49,697 nucleotides of DNA. It comes from Actinomycetes bacterium. GTDB taxonomy: Bacteria; Actinomycetota; Actinomycetes; JAHEKZ01. The stretch spans positions 14,471 to 64,167 of the forward strand of contig JAHEKZ010000008.1 of NCBI GenBank assembly GCA_024644435.1, written 5' to 3'. The position numbers and the translations under genes were made by a program. How positions within the stretch are numbered: position 1 is the first letter of the stretch; every line of letters begins with the position of its first letter. Shown piece after piece: positions 1 through 9,414 of the stretch. The notes under the pieces were generated by a model. The model made no database searches. It was not told where the DNA came from and saw only the letters and a program-made list of their open reading frames with translations.

Positions 1-1531
1 GCTCGTCGACCCGGTGCTGGCTGACCCGGTGCCGGCCGACACAGACCCGGTCACCGTGGGTGCGCGCTCGTCCAACACTGACGCACCCTTGCGGGTGGTC
101 GCCGGTGTGGTCGTGGGTGCCGGGTCAGACGTCCACGTCGTCAGTGAGCCCACCCACTACGGATCCAGCCTGCTCTGTGTCGACGCCGCTGACGCCGACT
201 CGGTCGCCGGTGCCGTGCGGGTGATGGCCGACGTGGCGGGTGAGCAGCAGTGGACCGGTCCGGTCTGGCCCCTGACCGTGGTCGCGGCGGTCCGGGCGGG
301 GGTCATTGTCCATGGCGTCGACGTCCCGGGACTGCCGTGGGGATCTGCGTCCCCCTCACTCACCGTCGAGCAGGAGGCCAGGCTCCGCATCAGGGCCGCC
401 GCCGGCGCTCCGCAAGGGTTCGTCGACCGGATCGGGGGCCGCCGGGCCGCGGAGGTCGTGTCGTTCTGGGCGTGGCGCGCCGGTGTCGGCGCCCATGCTG
501 TGACGGTCGTGAGCGTCGCGGCAGCGCTCATGGCCGGCCTGTTGATCTCGACGGGCACCAGATCTGGCGCCGCGACAGCAGCGTTCTTCCTGCTCGCCTC
601 GGTGTTCCTCGACCGGGTCGACGGCATCCTGGCCAGAGCGCGTCGCACCGTCACGTCCTTCGGCGCGTGGCTCGACGTCACCACCGACCGGATCCGAGAG
701 GCGGCTTTGGTGATCGGTCTGGGGCTGGGGGCAGCGCAGTCCGGGTCGCCGCGCTGGGGGTTGGCGTCCGCCGTCCTTGCGCTGCTCACCGCTGCCCACT
801 TGGCTGCGGCAGCGAGTCGGACCGCTCGCGGGTGGGGCGGCAGCCCCGTGCCGATCCGGCTTCCGCTGGACCGCCTCGACGAGCCGGTGCTGCCCGCCAT
901 GCCGCCGCCCGATGGGCGGCCCATTCCGGGGTGGCTCCCCTTCAGTATCTCCCGGGGGGACGGGGCCATCCTGGCCGTCGTCGCCCTGATCCTGCTCCCG
1001 CTGTCGGCGCTGCTTGCGCTGCTCGCGGCGCTGGCGGGGCTGAGCGCGGTGGTGTGCCTCGTGCTGGTCGGGGCCCCGCGCCCCCTCCCGGCCGCTCAGC
1101 GTCTGCTCTTCGAGCTGGCTGACCCGGGGCCGCTGGCCCGACTCGTCTCAGAGCAGGATCCGCATCTGTCGGTGCTCAGACGGGTACTGACCTCGCGAGC
1201 CGCGGCCTGGGTACCCGCGCTCACCTGGGTCGTGGAGTCGGCGGTGGTGCTGGTTGCCGCCGCCATGGTCGAGCCCGCCGCCCTCCCCATCACGATCGCC
1301 TGGATCGCTGTGCTGGCCTTTCACCGGCTCGACATCGCCACTCGGCAACGCGTGCTCGGTAGCTCGCCGCCGACGTGGCTCGCTGTGATCGGGCTCGGAG
1401 CACTCGGTCGGGTGGTGCTGGTGGTGCTCCTCGCCGCGGTCGGCGAGCTCGCCTGGGGGCTGGCGATCGGTGCCGTCGTTCTTGGGGTGGTCTACGCCAC
1501 CGAGAGCTCGGGGCGCTTCGCCGAGCGCTGA
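1..1531 (+). CDS. CDP-alcohol phosphatidyltransferase family membrane protein with DUF5941-like C-terminus (probably 5'-truncated by the window)
   Basis: Motif DRVDGILAR-x7-GAWLDVTTD matches the CDP-alcohol phosphotransferase signature. Many hydrophobic helices. The frame is open back to the window edge; the first GTG is at 14. Confidence 0.8.
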   Translation, partial: LVDPVLADPVPADTDPVTVGARSSNTDAPLRVVAGVVVGAGSDVHVVSEPTHYGSSLLCVDAADADSVAGAVRVMADVAGEQQWTGPVWPLTVVAAVRAGVIVHGVDVPGLPWGSASPSLTVEQEARLRIRAAAGAPQGFVDRIGGRRAAEVVSFWAWRAGVGAHAVTVVSVAAALMAGLLISTGTRSGAATAAFFLLASVFLDRVDGILARARRTVTSFGAWLDVTTDRIREAALVIGLGLGAAQSGSPRWGLASAVLALLTAAHLAAAASRTARGWGGSPVPIRLPLDRLDEPVLPAMPPPDGRPIPGWLPFSISRGDGAILAVVALILLPLSALLALLAALAGLSAVVCLVLVGAPRPLPAAQRLLFELADPGPLARLVSEQDPHLSVLRRVLTSRAAAWVPALTWVVESAVVLVAAAMVEPAALPITIAWIAVLAFHRLDIATRQRVLGSSPPTWLAVIGLGALGRVVLVVLLAAVGELAWGLAIGAVVLGVVYATESSGRFAER

Positions 1532-1560
1532 CTGTTTTTCGAGGTGTCGACGGGCGCCGG

Positions 1561-3006
1561 CTAGCCGGGAATGTTGCAGATGTTGTCGTTCGCCTGCCGA
1601 ATGCCCACGGTGGCACGCGGCTTCTTGACGACTACCCGCTTGGCGCCTGGCCAGTCGTCGCCCACCACGACCTCGACGGTGGTCCCCAGGCCCGGTCGAA
1701 GCACGCGAGTGGCGCCGGGGATCGATCCGGCCAGGGTGCGGGCCGCGTCCGCACCCGCCTCGTCGTAGCGGATGATCGTCGAGATGAAGTTCGAGCTCTC
1801 GGCGTCACCCACGCTGATGGTCGAGTAACCCTTGGCGCCGAGGTCGGCGGCCGCAGTGGTGGCTGCGCCATCGACGCCGCTGCCGTTCAGGACTCGAAGG
1901 GGGATTGAGCTAGGGAGCACGGTCAGCGGCTTGCCGTCGACGACGGTTGGCTCTGGCGGCGCCGGAGGGTAGGTCTCGTCGTTGCTGATCGCCGACCAGA
2001 GGGCGTTGGTCTTCCGCTCGTTCCAGACAACGGTGTTGGGGTCGTCGGGGTTGACCAGCCACGGAGTGGTGACGAAGGTGATGTCCTTCGGCGGGATCCC
2101 GCGGACGTCCTGAGCGATCTGCCGCATCTCGTTGAGGTTGGCGAGCTCGGGGTCGGTGGTCAGTGACTTCGTCGCCGCCTCCAGGAAGCGCACGAGCTTG
2201 ACGGGGTTCAGGAGCGTGCCTGAGCTCTTCGCCTTGTTGATCAACGACGACAGGAAGGCCTGCTGCCGGTCGATCCGGTCGATGTCGCTTCCGGTGCCGA
2301 TGGCGCGCACCCGCACGAAGGCCAACGCCTGGTCTCCGGTCACCGTGGTCGTGCCGGCTTGCAGGTCGAGTCCGCTCTTCGGCTCGACGACCGCTTCGGG
2401 AAGACACACGTCGACTCCGCCGAGTGCGTCCACGATGTCGTTGAACCCGGAGAAGTCCACGATGATGAAGTGGTCGATGAAGACGCCGGTGTTCTGCTCC
2501 ACCGTCTTGATCGTGCAGCCGGGACCACCGATGGAGAACGCCGAGTTGAAACGGTCGGTGTACGGCGTGCTCGGTCCGTTCTGCGTCTTGCACGACGGGA
2601 CGTCGAGCACCGTGTCACGAGGGATGCTCACGACGAGGGCGCTCTGGCGGTCGGCCGGGAGGTGGACGAGCAGGGTGGTGTCGGATCTGGCCCCGGTGAT
2701 CTCCGCCTCGGGTCCGTATCCCCTGCCTTGCCCGGCCCTGGTGTCCGACCCCATGACCAGGATGTTGAGGGGCTCAGGCTCGTTGTCGGTCGGCCCGGCC
2801 ACCTTGGTCGGTCGGTCGGTGCCCAGGACGTCGGTCGTGAACACGTCGACCTGACCGATGTTCCCCTCGAACCGCTGGTAGAGGTAGAACCCCGTGGCCC
2901 CGCCGGCGACGACCAGCAGCACCACGATCACTGCGAGCCAGCGAAAGGTCCGACGCATCCGCGGATGCCCGGAGGAGGCTTCCTCCGGCTGTGCGGTGTG
3001 CGTCAT
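1561..3006 (-). CDS. LCP (LytR-CpsA-Psr) cell-wall glycopolymer ligase with LytR C-terminal domain
   Basis: N-terminal TM helix; LCP motifs NILVMGSDTR, RSDT, SIPRD, ALAFVRVR and DIDRIDRQQ; C-terminal VLNGSGVDGAA...VVVGDD domain. Confidence 0.93.
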   Translation of the reverse strand: MTHTAQPEEASSGHPRMRRTFRWLAVIVVLLVVAGGATGFYLYQRFEGNIGQVDVFTTDVLGTDRPTKVAGPTDNEPEPLNILVMGSDTRAGQGRGYGPEAEITGARSDTTLLVHLPADRQSALVVSIPRDTVLDVPSCKTQNGPSTPYTDRFNSAFSIGGPGCTIKTVEQNTGVFIDHFIIVDFSGFNDIVDALGGVDVCLPEAVVEPKSGLDLQAGTTTVTGDQALAFVRVRAIGTGSDIDRIDRQQAFLSSLINKAKSSGTLLNPVKLVRFLEAATKSLTTDPELANLNEMRQIAQDVRGIPPKDITFVTTPWLVNPDDPNTVVWNERKTNALWSAISNDETYPPAPPEPTVVDGKPLTVLPSSIPLRVLNGSGVDGAATTAAADLGAKGYSTISVGDAESSNFISTIIRYDEAGADAARTLAGSIPGATRVLRPGLGTTVEVVVGDDWPGAKRVVVKKPRATVGIRQANDNICNIPG

Positions 3007-3099
3007 GGGTTCCTCGTGGTCGGAAGGCAGTTGGTCAGATGGGCTCGGGTCCGGTGGTGCAGTGCGGCGCGAAGAGCCGAGCCTGCAGGATACGGACCT

Positions 3100-3876
3100 C
3101 TAGGCCAGGATCCGAATCGAGTCTGGAACAGACAGCGAGCCCGGCCTGGCTCCGGCCACCGCCGTCACCCGTTCGGACCCCCACCGTGAGACGCACCGTT
3201 CGGGGTCTGGGTTCCGAACCCACACCACGCTTGCTCCGACCGCCAAGGGCGCTAGCCACTCGTCGACCACGCCGGCCGTTCCATCCAGGACCCCAAGGGC
3301 AGCCACCCGGTCTGCTGGGCTCAGGCCCAGTGCCCGGGCACGTTGCTCGGCCAGGTCACCCAGGCGGCCGGCTGGACCGACCGGCCCGCTCAGCTGGTCG
3401 GGCATCACGCGAACCTCGAGGGTGAAGTCTCGAACCAACGGGGGAAGCGGGGTCGCGAACGGGGCCGCCAGCGGGGCCAGCGAGACGGCGAAGATCTCAT
3501 CGGCCGCCGGGGGGTGCTGCACGGAGTCCGGCCCGACCACTGCCACGTCGACCGAGCGGCCGGAGCCAGCCGCGTCGCCCCTGTCGTTGGCGTCGCCGGG
3601 CTGATCGGCCTCGAGGCTGATCTCGGCCCCCACGGCATCGGCGGCCAGCGCCCATATCGCTGTGGTCCAGTGGCGGGGCAGGTGGAGCGCCACCCGCGAC
3701 CCTGGCCCCACCTCGCACTCCAGAACGAGCAGGTTGGTGGTCTTGGCCACCCAGTTGGCGAGGGTGGTGGTCGACAGCTCGACGCGCTCCCCGGTGGCGT
3801 CGTCGTAGAAAGTGAGTCGCGGCCCCGAGGGGTCGGTCGACAACGCGCGCGTCAGATGCTCAGTGGTCGAGGTCAC
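3100..3876 (-). CDS. TIGR03089 family protein (truncated AMP-binding-like fold)
   Basis: Signature PRLTFYDDATGERVELS-x-TLANWVAKT-NLL; typical position between LCP and amidase/mannose genes. GTG at 3876 chosen because TACTCT lies 7 nt upstream. Confidence 0.85.
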   Translation of the reverse strand: MTSTTEHLTRALSTDPSGPRLTFYDDATGERVELSTTTLANWVAKTTNLLVLECEVGPGSRVALHLPRHWTTAIWALAADAVGAEISLEADQPGDANDRGDAAGSGRSVDVAVVGPDSVQHPPAADEIFAVSLAPLAAPFATPLPPLVRDFTLEVRVMPDQLSGPVGPAGRLGDLAEQRARALGLSPADRVAALGVLDGTAGVVDEWLAPLAVGASVVWVRNPDPERCVSRWGSERVTAVAGARPGSLSVPDSIRILA

Positions 3877-3984
3877 GCGAGTTAGAGTATTGACTCGTCT
3901 CCAGCCGGGTCCGCACCCGGCCGATGGCACCAGGGAACGTCATGTTCCTATGGAACCACCGACTTCCCCCCGGAGAGGCTCCTC

Positions 3985-6624
3985 GTGCGTTTCCCCCGTC
4001 CGGCACCGTCTGGTGCGCTGTTTGCCGCCGTGCTCGTCGTACCTACGGTGGTCGTGGCACCGGTGTTCACGGTGTCTCGGGCCACCCCGCACCCGGTCGC
4101 CGCGCAGGTGCAGTCGGTGCCCCTGGTCGGCGTTGACCGGCCTGCGCTGTCTGCTGCTCCCGTGCCTGACGAGCTGGAGCCGACGTGGCGCAAGATCACC
4201 AACCGGTCATCGGCGGCCAAGGCTGCGACTCGACCACCTGTGGTGATCTCCGAGCCGATCGAGACCGACGACTTCCGGATGCTGGGTGTCACCTGGAAAG
4301 GTGCCGCGCCTAGCAGTGACGCGACGGTCCTGGTCACTGCCAGGACGCGCACCGACGGTCGGTGGACCGACTGGTTCGAGGTCCCCACCAGCGTCGACAG
4401 CGGTACCGAGCCCTCACCGAACGGCCGCTTCGGAACCGTTCCCTACTGGGCTGGCGACTCAGACGCCGTCCAGGTGCGCGTCGACGCGGTCGGCGACGCC
4501 GAGCCGTCTGACGTCCAGGCCGACCTGATCGAGCCGGGCACATCAGATGCCGACGCGGCCGTGACAGGCGGGTGGACGGGTTCCACCGCCACCGCTGCTA
4601 CCGAGCGACCGCCCATCGTCACGCGAGCCGAGTGGGGCGCCGACGAGTCGCTCCGTGACAAGAGGCTGGAGAACAGCGACACGCTCAAAGTCGCATTGGT
4701 CCACCACACCGCCGGCAGCAACAACTACACGCGCAGCGAGAGCCCGGCCGTGGTCCGCGGGCTCTACAGCTACTACGTCAACACACTCAAGTACGCCGAC
4801 ATGGGCTACAACTTCCTGGTCGACAAGTACGGGACCATCTACGAGGGACGCGCCGGCAGCATCACCAAGCCCGTGCGGTCCGCCGCGTCCGGTGGGTTCA
4901 ACACAGACACTCTCGCTGTGGTCGCCATGGGTAACTTCGAGACGGCTCCCGCGTCCGACGCCATGGTGCGCGGAATTGCCAAGGTGCTCGCCTACCGGCT
5001 GTCGCGCTATCACCGTGACCCGTTCGGCAAGAAGTCGCTGACGGCGGAAGTGGGTTCGTCGAAGTACTCTTCCGGCAGCAAGGTGAGCTTCAAGGTGATC
5101 TCGGGGCACCGGGACTCGAGCCTGACGGCCTGCCCCGGGGGCAACCTCTACCAGCGGCTCCCGAAGATCCGCCGGCTCGCCAAGGGCTACATGGGATCGA
5201 GCTTGATCGAGCCGACTTTGTCGACGCGCAGCGTGCCTGCGGGGTCCGACGTCGCGATCGCCGCGAAGGCCCGCGTTACCCAGCAGCAGAACTGGACGCT
5301 GAACGTGCGTGACTACTGCAGCGGCGCCCTCGTGCGGCGGCTCACCGGAACGGCTGCACCGGGTGATCCGGTGAAGGTGGTGTGGCGTGGACGTGATGAG
5401 AACGGCAAGCCCGCCCCGCCCGGTCGGTATCGGATGACCTTGACCAGCTCTGGAAACGGAAGCAGTGCGTGGCCGTTCGAGCAGTCGGTCGTGATCGGAG
5501 TCGGCGGACGATCGTCGACGTCGACCACCTCGTCGCTGAACAAGGCGTCGGCCGGCACGTACGTGCCCCAGCGCGCACGGACGCTGCTGTCGACTGCCTC
5601 CGGGAAGGGCATCGCGGGTCGACTGCTGCTCGGGCCGGGGCGGCGTCTCGATGTCCAGGTGCTGGGTCGGGCCGGTGTTCCGCAGAGCGGCGTCACGGCG
5701 GTTGCGTTGTCGGTAGAGGCGGTGTGTGCCAGCGCGAGGACCCACGTCACGGTGAGCCCCGACACGGTGACCGGTTCTGGCGCGCAAGCCGTCTCACTGA
5801 ACCAGAGCGGCACGGCTCGATCCTTTGTCGTCGTCCGCGTCGGACCAGGTGGCGGCGTGCGCTTCCGAAACTCTGCGGGGGCGGTCGCGCTGAAAGCCTC
5901 CGTGGTCGGCTACATCACCTCCGACGGCGCCGGGGGTGAGCTCACACCACTACGGCGCACCGCGTTGGGAGTGGCCAGCCCGCTCTCGGTCGGGCCGACA
6001 GCGGTTGCTGTCGACGTTGCGGGCCGTGCAGGTGTGCCGAGCGACGCCAAGGCAGTTGTACTGGCGATTCGCCGGACGGCGAAGTCCTCAGTAGGTGCGG
6101 TATGGGCGTGGCCAGCCGGGGGCGAGAAGCCGGGGGCACCGAGCTGGCGACGTCCCCGGGGCAGCGGCAGCGTCTCGCAGGTCGTTGTGCCGTTGGGGGC
6201 CGGCGGTGACATCCGGGTCGCGGCGGACCGAGCTGGCTCGGTCGCATTCGACGTCGCCGGATATGTGAGCGCCGGTGGGTCTGGCTCGGTCCACCCGGTG
6301 TCACCCCAGGCACTGCTCAAGACGGGCGCAACGCTCGGCAAGGGCGATGCCAAGACTGTCAGCGTGCAAGGACGGGCGGGTGTCCCCAGTGACGCCCGGG
6401 CAGTTCTCGTCCAGCTCACGGGCAGCGCAGGAAAGAAGCAGGGTCGGCTCATGCTGTGGCCGCGAGGGGCGGCCGAGCCGAGTTCGGCAGACCTGGTCGT
6501 TCCGTCCCGTTCGTCACGAGAGACCCTGGCGGTCGTGCGGATCGGCAAGGGTGGAGATCTGCGTCTACGCGCGCGAGACGCAACGATTCGCCCCAACATC
6601 ACCGTGGTCGGCTGGATTCGGTAA
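3985..6624 (+). CDS. Secreted N-acetylmuramoyl-L-alanine amidase (Amidase_2/PGRP-like) with FlgD Ig-like domain and 3 C-terminal repeats
   Basis: Signal-like N-terminus. RAEWGADES, VHHTAG, DMGYNFLVDKYGTIYEGRAG, GHRD and TACPG retain the His/His/Cys Zn ligands. WRGRDENGKPAPPGRY is FlgD-like. GGAGAGG SD upstream. Confidence 0.9.
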   Translation: MRFPRPAPSGALFAAVLVVPTVVVAPVFTVSRATPHPVAAQVQSVPLVGVDRPALSAAPVPDELEPTWRKITNRSSAAKAATRPPVVISEPIETDDFRMLGVTWKGAAPSSDATVLVTARTRTDGRWTDWFEVPTSVDSGTEPSPNGRFGTVPYWAGDSDAVQVRVDAVGDAEPSDVQADLIEPGTSDADAAVTGGWTGSTATAATERPPIVTRAEWGADESLRDKRLENSDTLKVALVHHTAGSNNYTRSESPAVVRGLYSYYVNTLKYADMGYNFLVDKYGTIYEGRAGSITKPVRSAASGGFNTDTLAVVAMGNFETAPASDAMVRGIAKVLAYRLSRYHRDPFGKKSLTAEVGSSKYSSGSKVSFKVISGHRDSSLTACPGGNLYQRLPKIRRLAKGYMGSSLIEPTLSTRSVPAGSDVAIAAKARVTQQQNWTLNVRDYCSGALVRRLTGTAAPGDPVKVVWRGRDENGKPAPPGRYRMTLTSSGNGSSAWPFEQSVVIGVGGRSSTSTTSSLNKASAGTYVPQRARTLLSTASGKGIAGRLLLGPGRRLDVQVLGRAGVPQSGVTAVALSVEAVCASARTHVTVSPDTVTGSGAQAVSLNQSGTARSFVVVRVGPGGGVRFRNSAGAVALKASVVGYITSDGAGGELTPLRRTALGVASPLSVGPTAVAVDVAGRAGVPSDAKAVVLAIRRTAKSSVGAVWAWPAGGEKPGAPSWRRPRGSGSVSQVVVPLGAGGDIRVAADRAGSVAFDVAGYVSAGGSGSVHPVSPQALLKTGATLGKGDAKTVSVQGRAGVPSDARAVLVQLTGSAGKKQGRLMLWPRGAAEPSSADLVVPSRSSRETLAVVRIGKGGDLRLRARDATIRPNITVVGWIR

Positions 6625-6684
6625 AACCCCAGGTCAGCACCTCGTTGCTTAGGTTCACTCGGCTTCCTGCCGAGAGAGCACTCT

Positions 6685-9381
6685 GTGACGGGTGTGACGT
6701 ATGTGGCGAGCCAGCGACCCAGTAGACGACCCAGTAACGGGTCCAGAAACCGACTCCTTCCGACGGCCTTGGCGGCTGCACTGGTCGTGGGACTCGTGGG
6801 GGGTCTGCTCTCGCTGATCTCCACCCCAGCCCGAGCGGGATCGTCGGGCGAGGCATACAGCCGTCCTTCGAGTGGCGTGTTCGAGCTGTCCGGGCTGGGC
6901 TACGGACACGGCATCGGGATGTCGCAGTTCGGCGCGGAGGGAATGGGCCGCCTTGGCAAGAGCTATCGCGAGATCGTGAAGTTCTACTACCCCGGCACAC
7001 GCTTGGCCGAGGTGGGCGCCGACCGCCAGATCAAGGTCGGCCTCTCGGGCATCGTACGAGGCACCCCGCAGGGCAATGGCGTTGTTGTCCCGGCCAAGTC
7101 CGGTCTGTCGCTCAGCCACAGCGGCAACTCGATCCCTCTTCCGTCACGAGCTGGTGGCGAGCCGGTCACGACGTTCCGCGCCGTCAAGGGCAGCGGTGGG
7201 CTCGCCGTTTGGGCGGTCTCGTCCGCCAAGGCGGTCAAGGTGGTCGGCGGGCTCAGTGGGTTCGTTCGATGGCGGACCAGCGCGTCTGTCGGCAGCAGCC
7301 GGATCGGCGTCCAGACGGCGAGCGGCGCCAAGCGCGCCTACCGCGGTTTCCTCGACGTCAAGCTCAGCTCGTCCTCAGTGGTGGCAGTCAACTCGCTGCT
7401 GCTCGAGCACTACCTGCGCTCAGTCGTGTCGTCGGAAGTGCCGAGCTCGTGGACCGATGCAGCACTGCGGGCACAGGCGGTCGCGGCCCGCAGCTACGCA
7501 CTTCTGGCGCAGGTGAATGCGCGCGCGGCGCACCGGGCCTACGACATCTGCGACACCACCTCATGCCAGGTGTACTCGCCGATCTCCAGCGAAAGCGCAG
7601 CTGAGGTCTCAGCCGTCAAGGCCACAGCACATCAGTACCTCCGCGATGCCGGTCAGCCGGTGTTTGCCATGTTCAGCTCAGCCAACGGTGGGTACTCCGT
7701 TGCGGGCAGCCGTCCGTACCTTGTCGCCCAGCCGGACCCGTACGACGGTGTCGTGACCGGCGCCGCGAACTGGGGGCACAGCTGGTCGACATCCATCAGC
7801 TCGTCCAAGATCGAGAGCGCGTGGCCGCAGATCGGCACGTTGCAGAAGCTCAAGGTGCTGGGCCGGGACGGCAACGGTCCATGGGGCGGTCGTGTTCTGT
7901 CCGTCGGCCTTGTCGGCAGCAAGAGCACCGTCAGCGTCTCGGCCGACAGCTTCCGATGGGCCGCGGGGCTGAAGAGCACCTGGTGGACGGTCACCAACGC
8001 CGACGGGGGCACTACGGCGCCGGCGAGGAAGATCCGCGTCGAGCGGGGGGACCGTTCGGCGCTCGTGCGGTGGGGTGCGCCGAACACCGACCAGCGTGTG
8101 AAGGGGTACCGGATCACGGTCTCCTCTACCGATGTGACGTACCGCGTGTCTGCCGATACGCGTCGCGTCCGGGTCAAGGGGCTGACCAATGGCAAGGAGT
8201 ACCGGGCACGTGTGGCACCGATCTATCGTTCGGGTCGAGGTCCGGCTGCCGCCACTCCCGCTTTCGTCCCAAGCTCGTCCTACTCCTACTTCCAGTCCCT
8301 CAGCGCACGACGGATCGTCGATCGAGGAGAGACATTGGCATCGTCGCGCGGAGGGCAGGTGGCTGTGTCGGTCGTCGGGGCGCAGCGTGCACCCGAGGTG
8401 GGGACGCGCGCCGTTGCGGTCCGCGTGACTGCCACAAGTGCACGTGACGGCGGGCGCGTGAAGGTGTGGCCCTGTGGTGCCTCCGACCGCGACCAGGTCG
8501 TGGCGACCTACTCAGCCGGGGGGGCCGACGCCGGCCTGGCAACGGTGCGATCCGGTTCGAACGGCAAGATTTGTCTGGGGGCCAGCAGCAAGCTCGCCAG
8601 CCTGGACGTCGACCTGGTCGGCTACTACACATCGTCTGGTGTGGGCACCAAGGTGCTTCGCTCGGTTGTAGCGCGTCGATTGGTGAACAGTGCCACTGGC
8701 TTCGGGTGGGCGAAGGGACGACTGCAGTCCGGTGAGCCGCGCACGGTTCAGATCGCCGGACGTGAAGGCGTGCCGAAGGGCGCGCGCAACGTTCTGGTGA
8801 GCATCGGTCTGCTGAACCCCACCGAGACGGCCTCTTTGAGCATCGCTGCGCCGGGGACCCCCAGGACACTCGGACTCGCTGTGCGGGCCCCCGCCCGCTC
8901 GTGGCGAACGGGAACGACGGTAGCTCGGCTGGACGCCGATGGCCGACTGCCACTTCGTCTCAGCAAGGGAAAGGCGCACGTGCAGGTCGACGTGCTCGGA
9001 TGGTTCCGGTCGCAGCAAGGCGATCGATCCGGCCGGTACCGCAGTGTCAAGGGCTTCACCGCGCTTGAGTCGGGCTCATCCGGCACGTTGTCCGCCGGCG
9101 AGTCCCGCACTGTTCGCGTGCGCGGCAAGAACACTGAGGTCCCAGGAGCCGCCTCGTCTGTCATCGTCCAGGCGATCGCCCGGGGCGACGGCTCGAGCGG
9201 GTATCTGACGGTGCTTCCCGCTGGATCAGCCAAGACACCCCGCCCATTGCTCGCATTCGACAAGAGGGGCACCCATCGCACGTTGATGGTGGTGCCGGTC
9301 GGTGACGACGGCAAGATCACCGTCACTGCGAAGGGGAGTGCCGCCGCAGTCTCGTTCCGCATCGTCGGCTGGTACTCCTGA
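6685..9381 (+). CDS. Secreted SpoIID/LytB-domain lytic transglycosylase with FN3 domain and 3 C-terminal repeats
   Basis: SpoIID motifs GYGHGIGMSQFGA, EHYLRSVVSSEVP (catalytic Glu position), ALRAQAVAARSYA and ICDTTSCQVY. FN3-like VRWGAP...GLTNGKEY. Exact start uncertain. Confidence 0.88.
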   Translation: MTGVTYVASQRPSRRPSNGSRNRLLPTALAAALVVGLVGGLLSLISTPARAGSSGEAYSRPSSGVFELSGLGYGHGIGMSQFGAEGMGRLGKSYREIVKFYYPGTRLAEVGADRQIKVGLSGIVRGTPQGNGVVVPAKSGLSLSHSGNSIPLPSRAGGEPVTTFRAVKGSGGLAVWAVSSAKAVKVVGGLSGFVRWRTSASVGSSRIGVQTASGAKRAYRGFLDVKLSSSSVVAVNSLLLEHYLRSVVSSEVPSSWTDAALRAQAVAARSYALLAQVNARAAHRAYDICDTTSCQVYSPISSESAAEVSAVKATAHQYLRDAGQPVFAMFSSANGGYSVAGSRPYLVAQPDPYDGVVTGAANWGHSWSTSISSSKIESAWPQIGTLQKLKVLGRDGNGPWGGRVLSVGLVGSKSTVSVSADSFRWAAGLKSTWWTVTNADGGTTAPARKIRVERGDRSALVRWGAPNTDQRVKGYRITVSSTDVTYRVSADTRRVRVKGLTNGKEYRARVAPIYRSGRGPAAATPAFVPSSSYSYFQSLSARRIVDRGETLASSRGGQVAVSVVGAQRAPEVGTRAVAVRVTATSARDGGRVKVWPCGASDRDQVVATYSAGGADAGLATVRSGSNGKICLGASSKLASLDVDLVGYYTSSGVGTKVLRSVVARRLVNSATGFGWAKGRLQSGEPRTVQIAGREGVPKGARNVLVSIGLLNPTETASLSIAAPGTPRTLGLAVRAPARSWRTGTTVARLDADGRLPLRLSKGKAHVQVDVLGWFRSQQGDRSGRYRSVKGFTALESGSSGTLSAGESRTVRVRGKNTEVPGAASSVIVQAIARGDGSSGYLTVLPAGSAKTPRPLLAFDKRGTHRTLMVVPVGDDGKITVTAKGSAAAVSFRIVGWYS

Positions 9382-9414
9382 ACGAACGGGTGGCGACGCC
9401 CCTAGGCTGACGCC

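Noticed and set aside
3934-3948. LexA SOS box (GGAAC-N5-GTTCC)
   Set aside because: The actinobacterial box is CGAAC-N4-GTTCG; spacing and flanks do not fit.
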